Positions 27,671-42,300 of a DNA stretch of 64,000 nucleotides are shown here, one piece after another. The translations under genes and the position numbers were made by a program. The notes beneath the pieces are model-generated. The model did no database searches. It was not told the DNA's origin and saw only the letters and a list, made by a program, of their open reading frames with translations. Source of the stretch: Tubiluchus corallicola (Eukaryota; Animalia; Priapulida); NCBI GenBank assembly GCA_030141605.1, contig JAQGDQ010000104.1, positions 124,001-188,000 on the forward strand. The letters run 5' to 3'. Every line of letters starts with the position of its first letter. Within the stretch, counting starts at the first letter, position 1.

Positions 27671-29899
27671 GACATACATTTCGACGAAAGTATTTTTCTC
27701 ATGCTCCTGAAGTGACATGGGAAAATAATCATTTATTTTGTTGATTTCGGTAGGACAACGGAAAATAAAGAAGCGGTTCAGTGCAAAGGTAAACTTTAAC
27801 TTTTACTAATTTTTTCAACTGTCATTTTTGAGTGTAGCTTGATACTTAGTACAATCAACAGAAACTGTTACTATATGAGTAGACAGGATTGGCGATACCT
27901 GTTGTGTAATTATGCGATACAACCTTCTGGCATGCAGGATTACGACGTCATTGTTAGCAATTTTATGAGCGCCATTATTGTTGTTAGGCCTGCTTTCTCG
28001 ACCACTTCCATCAAAAACACTAGCACCACGACACTACCCCTTCAACTCCGACGCCACCGCCACTCCCACCGTTACCACCATCGCCATTATCACTACCATA
28101 CCTGGTCGTGCTACACTTTACGTAGTTGCAGCCTGTTTTGGAATGACTGTATTTACATTTTCAGTATGCACACTCATATTTTTCCTACTGTGAGCTAACT
28201 CTGTTGTATAAAGTCCACCTGACTAGTTATGTTAGTGAAATTTGATTTTCATGATTGTTTTGAAGTTGCATTTAAAATTATTATTCTAAGAATTAACAGA
28301 AGCAAGAAACCCTCAGAAGTCGGTGACCTGGGGCAAAGTGACCGTCACTTGTTCACATGAGAGTCTCGACAGAGTCAATCGTGCTGTTTCTCATGTCTGC
28401 TTGGGTTTACGGTGAGTTCTTTAACTTGTCTAACTGTGCTAACCAGCATATCCTTGCTGTTACTCCTAAGCACCATCCTCTAGGTAATCTAGACAGCGAT
28501 AATAAGTATAATTTGGAATTTTAAAAACACCAACTTAAATTATTATGACATTTTGAGGATTTCCAGGACATTTTTAAATTGCAGCGTTCGGGGCGTGAAG
28601 CTCGGCTTACAAGCCCAAGTAAGAGCTTCGATTGGGAATCAGCAAAGCGAAAATTCTCAAAGACAAATGAACCGTCAATGTATAAACGCTTTGAGGTTGG
28701 TGAGTAGGTGTGGGGGTCTAAACTTGGCGTTGTCAAAGAAGTTGAAAGTTTGTTTTTCAACTAAAATCTCGAGATGGACAAGTTGAACTGTGTACTCACA
28801 ATTGAAAATCATTTGAATGTCAGAGGTAGCAAGCGAGGGTCAGTCAGAGGACATTAATTAACCCATTTTCACAGTTTGCAACCTAATTCAAGGGATTCGG
28901 AAAATCCGCCACAATCACTGAAACTGTGATGCATGCTACGATTTTGATCATTATTAGATCTTTTTTTAAATGAAACTAACCGACGAAATGGTTTTTCATT
29001 AATTACTAACAAAACATTCATTATTGAAATAAACATATAAAACTACTCACAATAATTATTTGAAATTTAATTCTTGAGAGAACACCAAGGTCATTAACGT
29101 GTCAGGAAAATAACAAAGCTCATACGCTGCTCATTACAATCAGTAATTAATATTGTACTGACCACCCCCTTTCACCCTAAATGTAAGTTTCTGTTGCAGC
29201 CAAGTTACGCATCCGACCTGTATAAAAGCGAATTTTTCTGCGCTTTTATTTGTCCAGTTAGTTTAATGCATGACGGTGTAAACTTTATTTTTTTAATCTA
29301 CTCCATGTAATTTGCCAATAAAAGGTATCGTTTTTTTCACATTATCCTGTTGTTTCGTGGATGGATGTAAGAAACGTTATAGACTGCTTGGCCTCCGCAT
29401 CTGCTGGTACCGAACAAACCAGGGTCCCTAGCCCTTGTCGACTAAGTACCGCCCGTAGTCCAATGTAAATACCACAGTGCCACAGATAATAAACACAGTA
29501 CATCAGGAGCAGTTACAAGACTTAATGTACATGAAAATAAAAAGCACAAAATTCGCATAACAAAAACACTACATCTACGACCCTATCTATCTGCAAGTGC
29601 TGCACTCTCATTATCCAGGTAGACCTTCTTATTTGATATAATTACAGGAGGTTCTAGATTGATTGATTGATTTTTCGATTATCCAAAACAGTATAGATGT
29701 TTCGAGGAATTATGCAATTGTTTTAGATATTCCCAGACACCATTAGGAACAATGTACGCGTGGGTGGATGGCGCACTCGGCAACAAAGTGGGGCTCGTAA
29801 CGTATTAAATAATTATTTTTAAGCAAACCAGCATTTTACTTCGATCAAGTTTGCTGTTTCGATGCGCGTTAAAAGAAATATTCCACTTGTTACGTTTTG

Positions 29900-30807
29900 A
29901 TATACATGCTGATACGTTAACATAATAGATAACTAGACATCTACAAAAGTCTAATATTACCACATTATCTGTATGGTTGCATTTTACTTCAAAACGTTAA
30001 GAATGAAAACTTTCGAAAACTAAATACAATGCAAAACTACGCACTTAGATTAATTCATGGCTATTCTAATAAAACTGCTAAACAACATGCTGCATCTGCA
30101 ACAAGCTTAAGAACGTCCACAAAAATACCAATATTAGAAGCCTATCGAGATTACAAAACACTGATATTTCTTTATAAATATATCAACAAACTGAGCATTC
30201 CATTTATAAACAAACCCTTAGCATTCATTCCTGATACCACTTTAAACAATAAAACACACAATTTAAAGCAAATTACAGTAAACAACAAATTTGGAAATAA
30301 CTCTATATCAAAACAGGCCATACATTTATGGAACTTACTACCCAGTGAAATAAAACTAATAGAATCTCTCCACCACTTTAAAAAGAAATTAAAAGAATAT
30401 CAATATAACAGGTTTCAACTTCCACATTGTGCATCTGATACTAATTACACAGACTCAATTTTCATCTAGCCCCGCCCCTAACTCCATAAAACGATTAAAA
30501 ATGTAAAATTTAAAAAAAAATGTAATGTAAAACATGTTTCTGTTGTGTCATGTTAAATGTATATATAGTGTAAAATATGTCTTGTAAAATTTAATGTTTT
30601 TTTTGTAATATTGTTTTGTAAAAATATTTTAATATTGTATTTGTAAATATGTTCATTTATTGTATATAATTAGGCCTTAGTTTTACACTTTAGTTTTTTT
30701 AGTCTGCACTGGATGCATTTGTCTTGAACAGTGTTGTTTTTAACATTACGCTGAGGATTACTCAATTTTATTGTAATGAGTGAGCCATTTTTAATGACAA
30801 ATAAAGA

Positions 30808-30840
<33 letters not shown>
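29900..30840 (+). mobile_element. Decayed LINE (CR1/L2-like) 3' end
   Basis: LDIYKSLILPHYLYG...LNTMQNYALRLI...AIHLWNLLPSEIKLIESLHHFKKKLK, the ORF2 post-RT C-terminus. AATAAA and a (TA)n tail at ~30800-30840. Confidence 0.82.
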
Positions 30841-30845
<5 letters not shown>

Positions 30846-32192
30846 AAACTGATCAAATCACAAAGAAATACGGTGATTGCTAAGTCAAATAGTAAGAGAC
30901 TAAATTGCAATAAGTGTTGGAAGTTTACTGGACTTTGTAAGGGGTAAGGTTGCTATGCACTGTTTCTTTTGAAACACCTATAGCTTATGAAAATGTATAT
31001 ATATATATATATATATATTGTATTCAAAAACGACATGAAATAAGAAATATCTTATTGTAGGGCGGATGGTCTACGTTTCCCAAATGCGTTGACTTGTCAG
31101 GAAAAATGGATGCCATTAAAATTAAACAAACGAGATGAAAATTATTTCAAAAGGACGGATTTTGAAGATGTCTGTAACCGATTGTTTAAACACGGAACAA
31201 GCGCTCGAATGGTCCCTCATGTAAGATTGTTAAAGCGTCTATATTTTCCACGTACTTGATTTTAAGAAAGCCATTTTGCATATTTGGTAATTTTGAAATC
31301 ATTTAAATTAAATATAGTTAATTGGAATTAAAATACATGCATTAAAGACACCTGATATTGGCTCAGTGACCTAATATTCGCTCAGTGCAGGTTTCGCTAA
31401 TGTCAATCATAATTAATTTTGATACCATTTGGATGGACTGGTACATTGGTAGTTGGTAATTCTGACTTTGTAAGTTAAAATGTTTTTCAAAATAGTACAA
31501 TAATACTTCTGAGTAATTACCGTCAAGCAGAATGTTAGAAATGCTCACCTAATCAGCGTGCATGAAATTTCACACATCTCCACAACCTAAATTTTCGCCG
31601 TTCTTTCGGGACATGAGCTGCAGCTGTATATTGTTGGGCATGTTATACTATCATGAAAAATGCTGAAGCTTTCATTGGTTCACAGAAGAGACATTGGCCC
31701 GGTTCCAGGTTTTATCAAGTAAATTAATTTTGATTTTGATGAAAAGAAATGCATAACGCTTAGGTATATGAGTTGCTGCTTAAAACGCTTTGTTATTAAC
31801 AAAATGCGCAGTTTAATTAAATTAAATAAATGACGCACAGGTTATCGCATAACTAATAAAACACGCATACTGCACTAATTTGACATTCACTCTATACTAT
31901 GTGAATACTATATAACACTGAAATTCATAACTTCAATTTGAAGTTAGCAAGTATAAATGGTTAACCTGCATGTAAAAATTACACTTTACTAGACAACAAA
32001 TTTACTGAATTAACAAATAAATTAAAGAAATTTTCCTGCAAAACGTTTTCTTTGCTAGTCAGTATTTCATAAACCTCAAGAAAATCTCCGTAGTGTCTTT
32101 TTAATTCAAATGTGGTCAAATTTTATATTACGCATCCATGTAATATAAATGTCCTGAAATAGTTAATTTTAGCTATATTTCTGGTTATAATC

Positions 32193-32410
32193 ATGATCAA
32201 AAGGTGCCGGTGGGATTTATGTAACTCGGACAGTCGATATAACGATCATCTACGGAATGTAACAATCAAACTTATTTTATTTTCGTGGCCTAACAAACAT
32301 TTGGAAAGAAGCATGTGGATAAAAGTTTGCTGTCAACCACATGATGAATCAAAATTGCAAAAAAATATGTCACAGTTAGGATATGTTCGTGTGTTCAAAG
32401 ACATGAGAGA
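32193..32410 (+). pseudogene. Degenerate THAP zinc-finger fragment, probably a transposon remnant
   Basis: MIKRCRWDLCNSDSRY...FSWPNK...ERSMWIKVCCQPH matches the N-terminal half of a THAP domain. The distal C/H ligands are not intact in frame. Confidence 0.62.
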
Positions 32411-32486
32411 CTTTAATAATTTTTTTACTATTGGGTGTTTGTTGCCCATCTAACGACCCAATTTGACACTCATGTCTATGCTGTGA

Positions 32487-33010
32487 GGGGCGGCGCTACC
32501 ATTAGGCAAACTAGGCAGTTGCCTAGGGCGCCAAATTCGGGAAGTAAATCTTTAGTTTTGAAATTTAGCTTAAGTAATAACATATTGCATGCGTAATTCT
32601 TTAAGTGCACAACACTAATTAAATGAAACAGACTAGTTTCGTTATTTTCCTGACGTATGATTCTTGCATGCTGGCAAGTGTCTTCCTACCGAAAAACATT
32701 TTTCAGTTTTGCTTTATCAAGTTTTCTAAGATTACACCACTTCACGCAGCACCCAAGACGTACAATGACGTCATAAATTCAAATTATTCAATCAACACAA
32801 GCTGCAGATAGGTAATTGACTATGCTTAATTAAAGCCCCATAATACATTATACAGTGTAATACGGTACCACTATAATTTATTATAATATTGTACAAGAAA
32901 AATTCAATATTCGGAGTGGGGTGTGGACTGTGGGAGGAAGGGGTTGATCTTTCAGGGGGGCGCTAAAAATACTTTTGCCTACGGCGCCAAACTGTCTAGA
33001 GCCGGCCTTG
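32487..33010. mobile_element. hAT-like MITE (GGCGCC-containing termini)
   Basis: GGCGGCGCTACCATTAGGC...GCCTAGGGCGCCAAA at left and GCCTACGGCGCCAAACTGTCTAGAGCCGGCC at right. Related ends occur at ~39840 and ~56020. Confidence 0.5.
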
Positions 33011-36000
33011 TAGCATTTTGTAGTCCTTTGAAACTTTGTCACTATATTTTGCTTAAATTACGAAGTCGTTTTTTCTGGCTACTTAAAGCTTTAATTTCGT
33101 GTAAAAATTATTGCTCTTCTGCAAATTTTTGTGTATGAAAAAGCACATCAATTTATCTGCTGATTAGACTACGTGTCATGTTGTTTGCCAAAGCGAGTTG
33201 TCCGTGGGCGTGCTTACATCACAATGGAGGCGGACCGGTACACCAATATGCTTAACGTCAATTACTTCGAACTAAGAAGGCCCATCAAAGTAAACAAGTA
33301 CGTGCACTAAGTATACCCCTTAAAAGCATAAAATCCTCTTTCCGGGTCTTATAATTTTCCGCGTTTATCGGGTATAATACGTTGTGTAAATTAAAAAAAT
33401 GGGATGACAACGAATGACAGGAGATAAAAGCAATATGAAAAGGGTAGTCCAGCACTTAACTGCAAAGCCCACACAAGACTAAGCCTATAAGATGACACAT
33501 TAAATCAACAGAAGTGTCTAAGCCGTGTTCAGATGTATGCTACTCTTTTTTCATGACTCTTCAACTCTTCAAGAGCTTTAAACTCTTTTTTTCATGACGC
33601 AGCATACATGTTTACCCACATTTGCTAGCTACAAGCGATTCTTTTTCTTTATTTTGGTTCTACGTCCTAATCACAGTAATAATCTTAAACATAAAATAAT
33701 TCAAGCTTAACTTAATATTTAAAGATAGTCACGTTTGTCTCTTCTTTCCGTTATTCAACATTATTCTGTTAGAGACTAAAACTTTTGTATCATAATTCGA
33801 TCAACAATCGTGTTAAATGCAAAATCTGATAACTGTTAATTACTTGGTACGTATTATATAATTATATTAGTAACAATTCTGAGAGGGTGGCTCACCTCGA
33901 TAACTCATGGTTCTTTCCCCACCATTTTACCACTAATCAATAATCACTTTCGCGTTTTGAAATATTATTGTATATTGTACAGATTTATTAATCACTTAGT
34001 CTTGCATTTTGCTATTATAAAAATGGTGATTAACTTGCTTGCTTGCTTGCTTACTTACTCACTCACTCACTCACTCACTCACTCACTCACTCACTCACTC
34101 ACTTAACTTACTAGCTGAAAGCAGTGTATCAAACGAAACTGCCAAAAAGCCATTTTCTGGAGGCCATTCATCCATTCACCAGGCTTATGTTCGCTTAAGC
34201 ACAAGCCGTAACCACTCGGCTGGTCTTCTCACTTTATAAATAACTAAAATGAGAGGCTTGACGCTGTAACTAGTTTCTAAACTGTAACAATCCCGTCATT
34301 AATTATTTTCAATATTCATAAAAAATAAGTTTAGTTAAACAGTTTGATGATATGCAAGAAGCCAAGCTTTTTTAAAATCAGATTCTACCAGTATCTTTAA
34401 TGTCACCGTTATGCACTGCCATATAATGTGATTAAAGACAAGTAGAGACATTTCCTGGCAGCTTCATCGCATGAGATCACATGATCTGTTGATCTATAGC
34501 GAGAGAGGTTTAAAGTAAGAAGATTGCCTTTAGCTATGTTCTCATTAACAGTGTTGATAATATTACTAAAATGTAGTTTAAAGTAAGAAAACTGCCTTTA
34601 GCTATATTATTACTAACAGTGCTGATAATATTACTAAAATGTAGTATGCTGGCGTTTGTTGTTACTTACAGGGACAGTTTATATGTAGCGCAAAGAACGA
34701 GGCGAGAATACAGTGGTTTCCTGAGCGTGGATGGATCAGTGACTCTAACAATGATGCTGGTTATCTACTCAATCTAAAATGTGTTCACAACATATAACTT
34801 ATGCATACATCTCATATTCTTGTTAAATAAGGAACTGTTATTAAGAATTATTATCTCTGCGTTATCGTGTTAACTGATGGCCGTAAAAAATAATTGACTG
34901 TTACATGTTAACTTAGTAGTTATTGTTTGTGTAACTGAAAGCTTACTGCTTGTACTAGGCAATACTCTCTGTACAATGACTGATAAATTAATCCTTTTGC
35001 TTTTTCATTCCACAGTTAGTTGTTAAATTTTTGAAGCCAGGAGATTTACTATCAAAAGACTCAAATAAGCTTGCATTTCACTCTTGAAAGTTCTGGTCAG
35101 TAGATCTTTGATTTAAAATCAATCCATTCCTGAGTTTTTGCATTTTCTTCCTTTCAAAATTTATTAATAAAAATCTGTGTAACATATTCTCAAGACAGTA
35201 TGCTTGAGCAAGTTTATTTTTTCAAAAATCATCGCTTTGTTACTCTTTGTTAATTAGCCCGAAAAGAATTTATCTTAGTCATTTCGAGTTACTTAGTTAA
35301 TTAGTCGAAAGATAACAAACAAAGAAAATCTAGTTACTATTTATGTTCGTACCTGCCTTTCATTTGCGTCTAGATATCAGAAAGCATAAGTTGAGCCGAG
35401 CTGATATGATCACAAGATCCCTGCTATGGCTTTAATGATAAATGAGCAAAGCTTATTATGATACGTGAGATACGTTTGTAGTAGTATGACAAAGTAATAG
35501 TAGTGGCTGAGTGCAGCTTTGACAAACCTTGCTGCGATAAACAGACGGGTAGTTCTATTTTAAAAACGAGCTCCATACAATTATATTGTTTACCTGATTT
35601 TATTGTTTCTTAATTAGTAACTAGAATTCAAATGAACGAAACCATTTTACTAAATATTTAGTGCCATTTTGGGACGCCGACGTGCAGAGGAGCAGCAAAA
35701 AATCAGCCCAGCTAAATCTGAGCTTAGTAGCCTTCTAATTGAAAGACCTAGTAGCAATCAAATGTGAAAATTAATCTGGACCGACAAAACATGATGGAAA
35801 AATATCTCTCTACAGAATAACATCGCTGTATTTCATAACGTGCAACAACGATTTGTTAGTTATGACTCTCATTATCGTAGACATTTTCTTCAAATTTCTG
35901 ACAAAATATAGTTCGGCGGTTAAATTGGGATATAGTAAAATATATACTAATAAAGCATAATTCCACATCACACTGACTGATACATTAGAAGAACACTGCA

Positions 36001-36016
36001 CGATAAAAATTACAAT

Positions 36017-36337
36017 TTAATAGCTCATTGTCTCTGCAATCGCTTCGGCATGTCTGACTTTCTCGTCTCCTTCGTCCACAGGGAAGACGACACCAATACT
36101 GGCCCGTGAAGCTTCCATTAATCTGGCCAAGATTTCTGTCTCTGTGTGAGGCATGAAATCGCTCTGAGTCTTGCCTGCAAAAATATAAATGTCTTGTCTT
36201 ACATTAATCTCATTGACTGAGTACATAATATGCACTCCATATTGATCTAACACTAATGCAAAGAACAACCAACTCTAAGAACCAAAGAACAACTCTAATA
36301 ATAAGCTTACAGATTCGATTGATTAGTTTTAGGGGAC

Positions 36338-36378
<41 letters not shown>

Positions 36379-39300
36379 GCCGGTAGCGTATTTGACACAC
36401 TTTATGAAGACTTTATTACAAACAAAGTTACAGCTATATAGTACTCGACTTCAATTTGGCAATATGTTGAAATATGTATGTGATATAAACTAAACTACAG
36501 TCACATAGTAATCGGCTTCGATTTCCAATATGCTTGAATGTGTATGCAATGAATACGTATGCAATATGTACTAAGCTACAGTCATATAGTACTTGGCTTC
36601 AACTTCCAATATGCTTGAATGTGTATGCAATGAATACGTATGCAATATGTACTAAGCTACAGTCATATAGTACTTGGCTTCAACTTCCAATATGTTTGAA
36701 TGTGTATGCAATGAATACGTATGCAATATGTACTAAACTACAGTCATATACTACTTGGCTTCTACTTCCAATATGTTTGAATGTTTATGCAATATATACT
36801 AAGCTACAGTCACTCGGTTTCCACGTAGGCTTCCACTATGTGCCGAATTCCAGCACATTGGCAACTGGTAAACCGAGGACTCCATGCGGATGTGGCTTAG
36901 TTTAGATTACATTTGTATTGCAGGATATTGCGGAGTGGAAGCCAAGTACTATATAGTTGTTGCTTTATTTGTGACTAAGTCTACCCGACGTTAGAATGTG
37001 CAATGTTATGTACATATGCACTTAATTTTCATCTAATCAATACTCATACCTTCACACAATACTCTTACCTTCACACAACACTCTTACCTTCACACAATAC
37101 TCTTACCTTCACACAATACTCTTACCTTCACACAATACTCTTACCTTCACACAATACTCTTACCTTCACACAACACTCTTACCTTCACACAACACTCTTA
37201 CCTTCACACAATACTCTTACCTTGACACAATACTCTTACCTTCACACAACACTCTTACCTTCACACAACACTCTTACCTTCACACATTACTCTTACCTTC
37301 ACACAATATTCTTACCTTCACACAATACTCTTACCTTCACACAATACTCTTACCTTCACACAATACTCTTACCTTCACACAATACTCTTACCTTCACACA
37401 ATACTCTTACCTTCAAGCAATACGCTTACGCAATACTCTTACCTTCACACAATACTCTTACCTTCACACAATACTCTTACCTTCACACAACACTCTTACC
37501 TTCACACAACACTCTTACCTTCACACAATACTCTTACCTTCACACAACACTCTTACCTTCACACAATACTCTTACCTTCACACATTACTCTTACCTTCAC
37601 ACAATATTCTTACCTTCACACAATACTCTTACCTTCACACAACACTCTTACCTTCACACAACACTCTTACCTTCTCACAACACTCTTACCTTCACACAAC
37701 ACTCTTACCTTCACACAATACTCTTACCTTCACACAATACTCTTACCTTCACACAATACTCTTACCTTCACACAACACTCTTACCTTCACACAACACTCT
37801 TACCTTCACACAATACTCTTACCTTCACACAATCCTCTTACCTTCACACAATACTCTTACCTTCACACAATACTCTTACCTTCAAGCAATACGCTTACGC
37901 AATACTCTTACCTTCACACAATACTCTTACCTTCAAGCAATACTCTTACCTTCACACAATACTCTTACCTTCAAGCAATACACTTACGCAATACTTTTAC
38001 CTTCAAGCAATACACTTACGCAATACTCTTACCTTCAAGCAATACACTTACGCAATACTCTTACCTTCAAGCAATACACTTACGCAATACTCTTACCTTC
38101 AAGCAATACACTTACGCAATACTCTTACCTTCAAGCAATACACTTACGCAATACTCTTACCTTCAAGCAAGCACTTGCGAACCTCTTGTGCTTCATATCT
38201 GAATCCAGTACCATTGGGATAGTTCAGAGGTTTTCCTGGAGGTGGTAGTTTATGCTCTTCAGTTCCACTTGGAGTCTCTAGAAATGTGGGGCAGTAAACT
38301 GGCCAAAGCTACAACCAATGAAAAATCAATAAAATCATGTTTTTATTCAAAATTCCAAAAATACATTAAAAGGCTTATAATAGTGTTGTACCGGTTTTTG
38401 CAACACACAGCAGGAATACGTGCATTATGTTAGCAATAGCAATTACATTAACAGTTGCTAAAATTCAATACCAAGACTTAAGCACCATACTGGCATAAAA
38501 CGTTAATGCATATATGTATATTTTTATACATATTCTTAAATGTTAAGCTGTAATTTACCATGTTGTAAATTCAATAATATTAAACTGAGTGAAGGTAACA
38601 ATTATGACACAAGTTCTCGCTGTGGACATGCATTCTTCACTGGGTTTGGAGGTTCATTGTGCAAGAAATTGTGACAATTTAGAATTCTGTGTTTTGTGCA
38701 GTGACATCTTTTGTTCTCTATTTGTTTATTTCATTTATTTTATTGCTACCACGCCATATAACTCAAAACATATAAATCTGAGAGTCATAGCTGTAACAAT
38801 TTGGCAAGGTAAACACTAGGTTCCTGGACATAGTCTCTTTTCTACGTACGATCATTAAAATTTCTTCGGCTTTGAGACAAGTTCATTTCAGAAATCATTG
38901 CGTGGGAAAGCACGAATAATTTGGTAGAAGCGTGAAAATTGAGGCATCAAACGTTAGTAACGTTTTTCAAAACGCATCAAAACCCGCAGACTTTAATTTG
39001 CACGTGCACTTGGTGTAAAAATCAACTTGGCCCAATAGATGGTACGTGCCGAGACAATGGAAATAACTGGGCAAATATGATTTAATTATTTAACAAAGGC
39101 AGGAGGCGTGGCTAAATGAAGTGAGGGTGGCTAAAATCTGAAAAGCAACGATGCTGTCATCATCACTTAATTTTTCGTAGAGATCTTGTATGTGTTGGTA
39201 GTTGAATTAAAGTAGATATGCATCATCTAGTTATCGAAGAAAGACGGTTTTTAACAAGCTCAAAAAATAAAGGTAACATGGTTTTTATGATTAAGAGTTC

Positions 39301-42300
39301 TGGACTCCGCATGAAAGCTTGCAGTAAACAATACAATTTTGAAAAGTTTTATAGTCTACTATTTTGATATTTTGACATAAAGCTAGTTCTAAAATGTTGT
39401 TACTGAATCTATATAAATGCCAGAGAGATCAGAGCTCGTCATGATTTAATTTTACAACACTACCTTTAAATGTCCTTTACTTCCGAACACAAGAGCTTCG
39501 TTTGGTAAATCAGATTTGGTTGTCAGTAAAATGCTAGTTATTCTGTTGTTAGGATAAAGTAGAGTAATGGCCGCTGATTCATCAACACCTAGAAATAATT
39601 TCGAATCAGAAGATATTTCTCATTTGGGTATTTTCGATTCACTGTTGTGCTTGGAAGTCTTTTAAAACCAAAAAACTCGCTTTTTCGTAAGCACAACTTT
39701 TTTGAACTGTACTCATATATTATGCTAATTAGTTCAAGTAACTGAGGTAAGTCGTTAATCGATGTATATATGCATTATACACTAATTAAATTTAATTGGT
39801 ATGAATATTGTTAGTGAACGACATAACTACGTCTATGCAGGCGGGGGCGTATTTACCAATAGGCTAACCAAGCTGTGGTCTAGGCGCCAAATTCTGAAGG
39901 CTGCTACATTTTAGGGCGCCAGGGTTAAAAAGTTCTTATTCTCGTAAAATTCATATCCTATCCTCTTCATACAAAGCACAAATTTTATAGCGCACATCAA
40001 GCTGTTTCTTGAGTCTGATTTTATAGAAACGCCATATAACTAACAAGTACATTTTCTACACAAAAGATAGTATACCCGAAGTAGTTGCGTAATATGTAGA
40101 TGTTAATAGTGCTACTAATACACCACATGTAATTGTTTTCTGCGCTTTTATATAAATAACCATAAATCCATATTAGAGATATGGAACTAAACTACCACCC
40201 AACGAAGTGACTATGCCTTAATTCGTCCCCGTGCACAAGCTAATTCGAACTCTTTCTTTGGTACTTAAAATTTGTCAGAATTAGCATTTAGGTTTACACT
40301 GTCCTCGAGTTTTTGTTTAAAAATGGGCACAAATGGGCAAATTTTGGGCAAAAATAAATGACTACTTATCTTTGGATTATTCACATACAATACGATGACC
40401 GCCATTACTAAAAAAATCCGTATTTTGGTAGGATTACAAACAATTTATTAGTATCATTGTTAAAATCTTAACTCCTCTACGAACCGCTGTTTTTAAGGGT
40501 CGTACTAATAATAATAAAAGAAAAAATCTATTGACCTAAAGTATAAACCTGAAAATATGGGCACTTCCCTGCCCAAGTAACCGATATATCACAAAAGTAA
40601 CAATATTCATGCTTTCAAACAAACGTGTTCATTTCGCATAAAAGAATGACTACTTTGCTCGGCCTTCACATCATATTTTAGTCAAATTTTATATGGACCT
40701 TCAGCAAATTCCAGCAGCACTTATTTCATATTTACCGGAACAGAAAGCGTGGTCAAAATACTAAATATTGTAGCCTATGCAGTTAAAGAGGAACTGAACG
40801 CCACGTTAGTGACAGTTTCTCAAATACTAAAAAAACGGTGCAAGGCATTGCATACGGAGAAAATCTGTACAATGTCCCACATGTACACATGATTCATGTG
40901 TTAAAACTCAAAGTAAATTTACAGTATCTTAATGTAGTTTGTATATAAATTTATGCCTTCCAAAGCATGACTTTTATACAAATTTTTCTCTAAAATGAGC
41001 TAATTTGATGATACTAACAACAAAACTACATAATTGCGATCACAAACACAACCTTCCTCGCTTAAAGTGCCTGAGCACTGGATCTTTTCAGGTTCTCCAA
41101 AAACCCAGTTTCCAAACTGTATTGGATAGATGCCGAAGTCGTAAATGCCGCCACCTCCAAATCGACGGAATTTTGTTCGATCTCTTTCGTGAACCGCAAA
41201 TCCCATTGACACTTGTACGCTCATAACGTCGCCGATTGTGCCCTTGGCTATCTCTTCTTTAATCCGAGAATAAATGGGAAAAAATCGACTCCAGACACCC
41301 TGCAAAATTCTGGTAATAGAAATTAAGAATTATCGAGTGGCGCAGAAAAAAGTGTGCCGATGTTTGGACTGCAATAATATTAGAAGCAAGTGCACGCACG
41401 ACGTTGAAATTTAACAGTGCGGTATTACTTTACATGTCGTTTTGGCTGTGAAAGTTACAAGTTAGCTTGTTTTTAAGTTATGGCCGAAAAGCCTTTGCAT
41501 GTTAAAAATTTAAATACAGGTACAATGTTGTGTGGTGTGGTGTGTGACGTGGGTATGGCAGAGTGCTAGATGATATGGTGTGGTAGGGTGTGTGACGTGG
41601 AATGGCATAGCGTTATGTGATGTGGTGTGGTGTGGTGTGATGTGGTGTTATGTGATGTGGTGTGGTGTGTGACGTGGATATGGCATAGTGTTATGTGATG
41701 AGGTGTGGTGTGTGACGTGGGTATTCATAGCGTTATGTGATGAGCGTGGTGTGTGATGTGGGTGTGGCGTAGTGCTATGTGATGTGATGTGGTGTGGTTT
41801 GTTGCTGTGATGTGGAGTGGAGTGGAGTGGTGTTGATTGTTCCTGGTGATTTTGCGCTTAATTTTTTTGTGGGATTTGGCTTGTATTTATGAGTACATAA
41901 CTACAAGTATTACATTACATAAAAAGTATTTGCCACAGTGTGTACAGACATACCTCCATTAGAAACACTTCCATGTCACGAGCCAGTCTAGTGATTTCTT
42001 TAGCTCGGGCAGCGTTTAGACACAATGGCTTCTCACAGAGAACGTTTTTGCCAGCGTATATCATTAACTTGAGCTGTTCATAGTGTGCGCTGTTAATGGA
42101 ACCGATGTAAACTATATCTGAAACAGCGCCAGTGAATACTGATTTGCTTTTTCTTCAGTTTTCAATTTGATAACTGTTTTAAGTTTGTGGTTTAGTAAAC
42201 TTCCTCTGTAATGTCACTAGTAGGCGGCTTCTAAAGCAAGATTAGTTGTAAAAACGGAACAGAAATTAAGCAACACTTAAATCCATTTACTCAGCAATGA

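Noticed and set aside
34091-34775. Minus-strand exon-like segments with GTAAGT donors downstream of DHDH
   Set aside because: All frames close near the candidate acceptors and no protein family is recognisable.
37003-38202. 399-aa ORF on the + strand
   Set aside because: Antisense translation of the 19-bp minisatellite (19-aa periodicity); it overlaps a DHDH intron and exon on the other strand.
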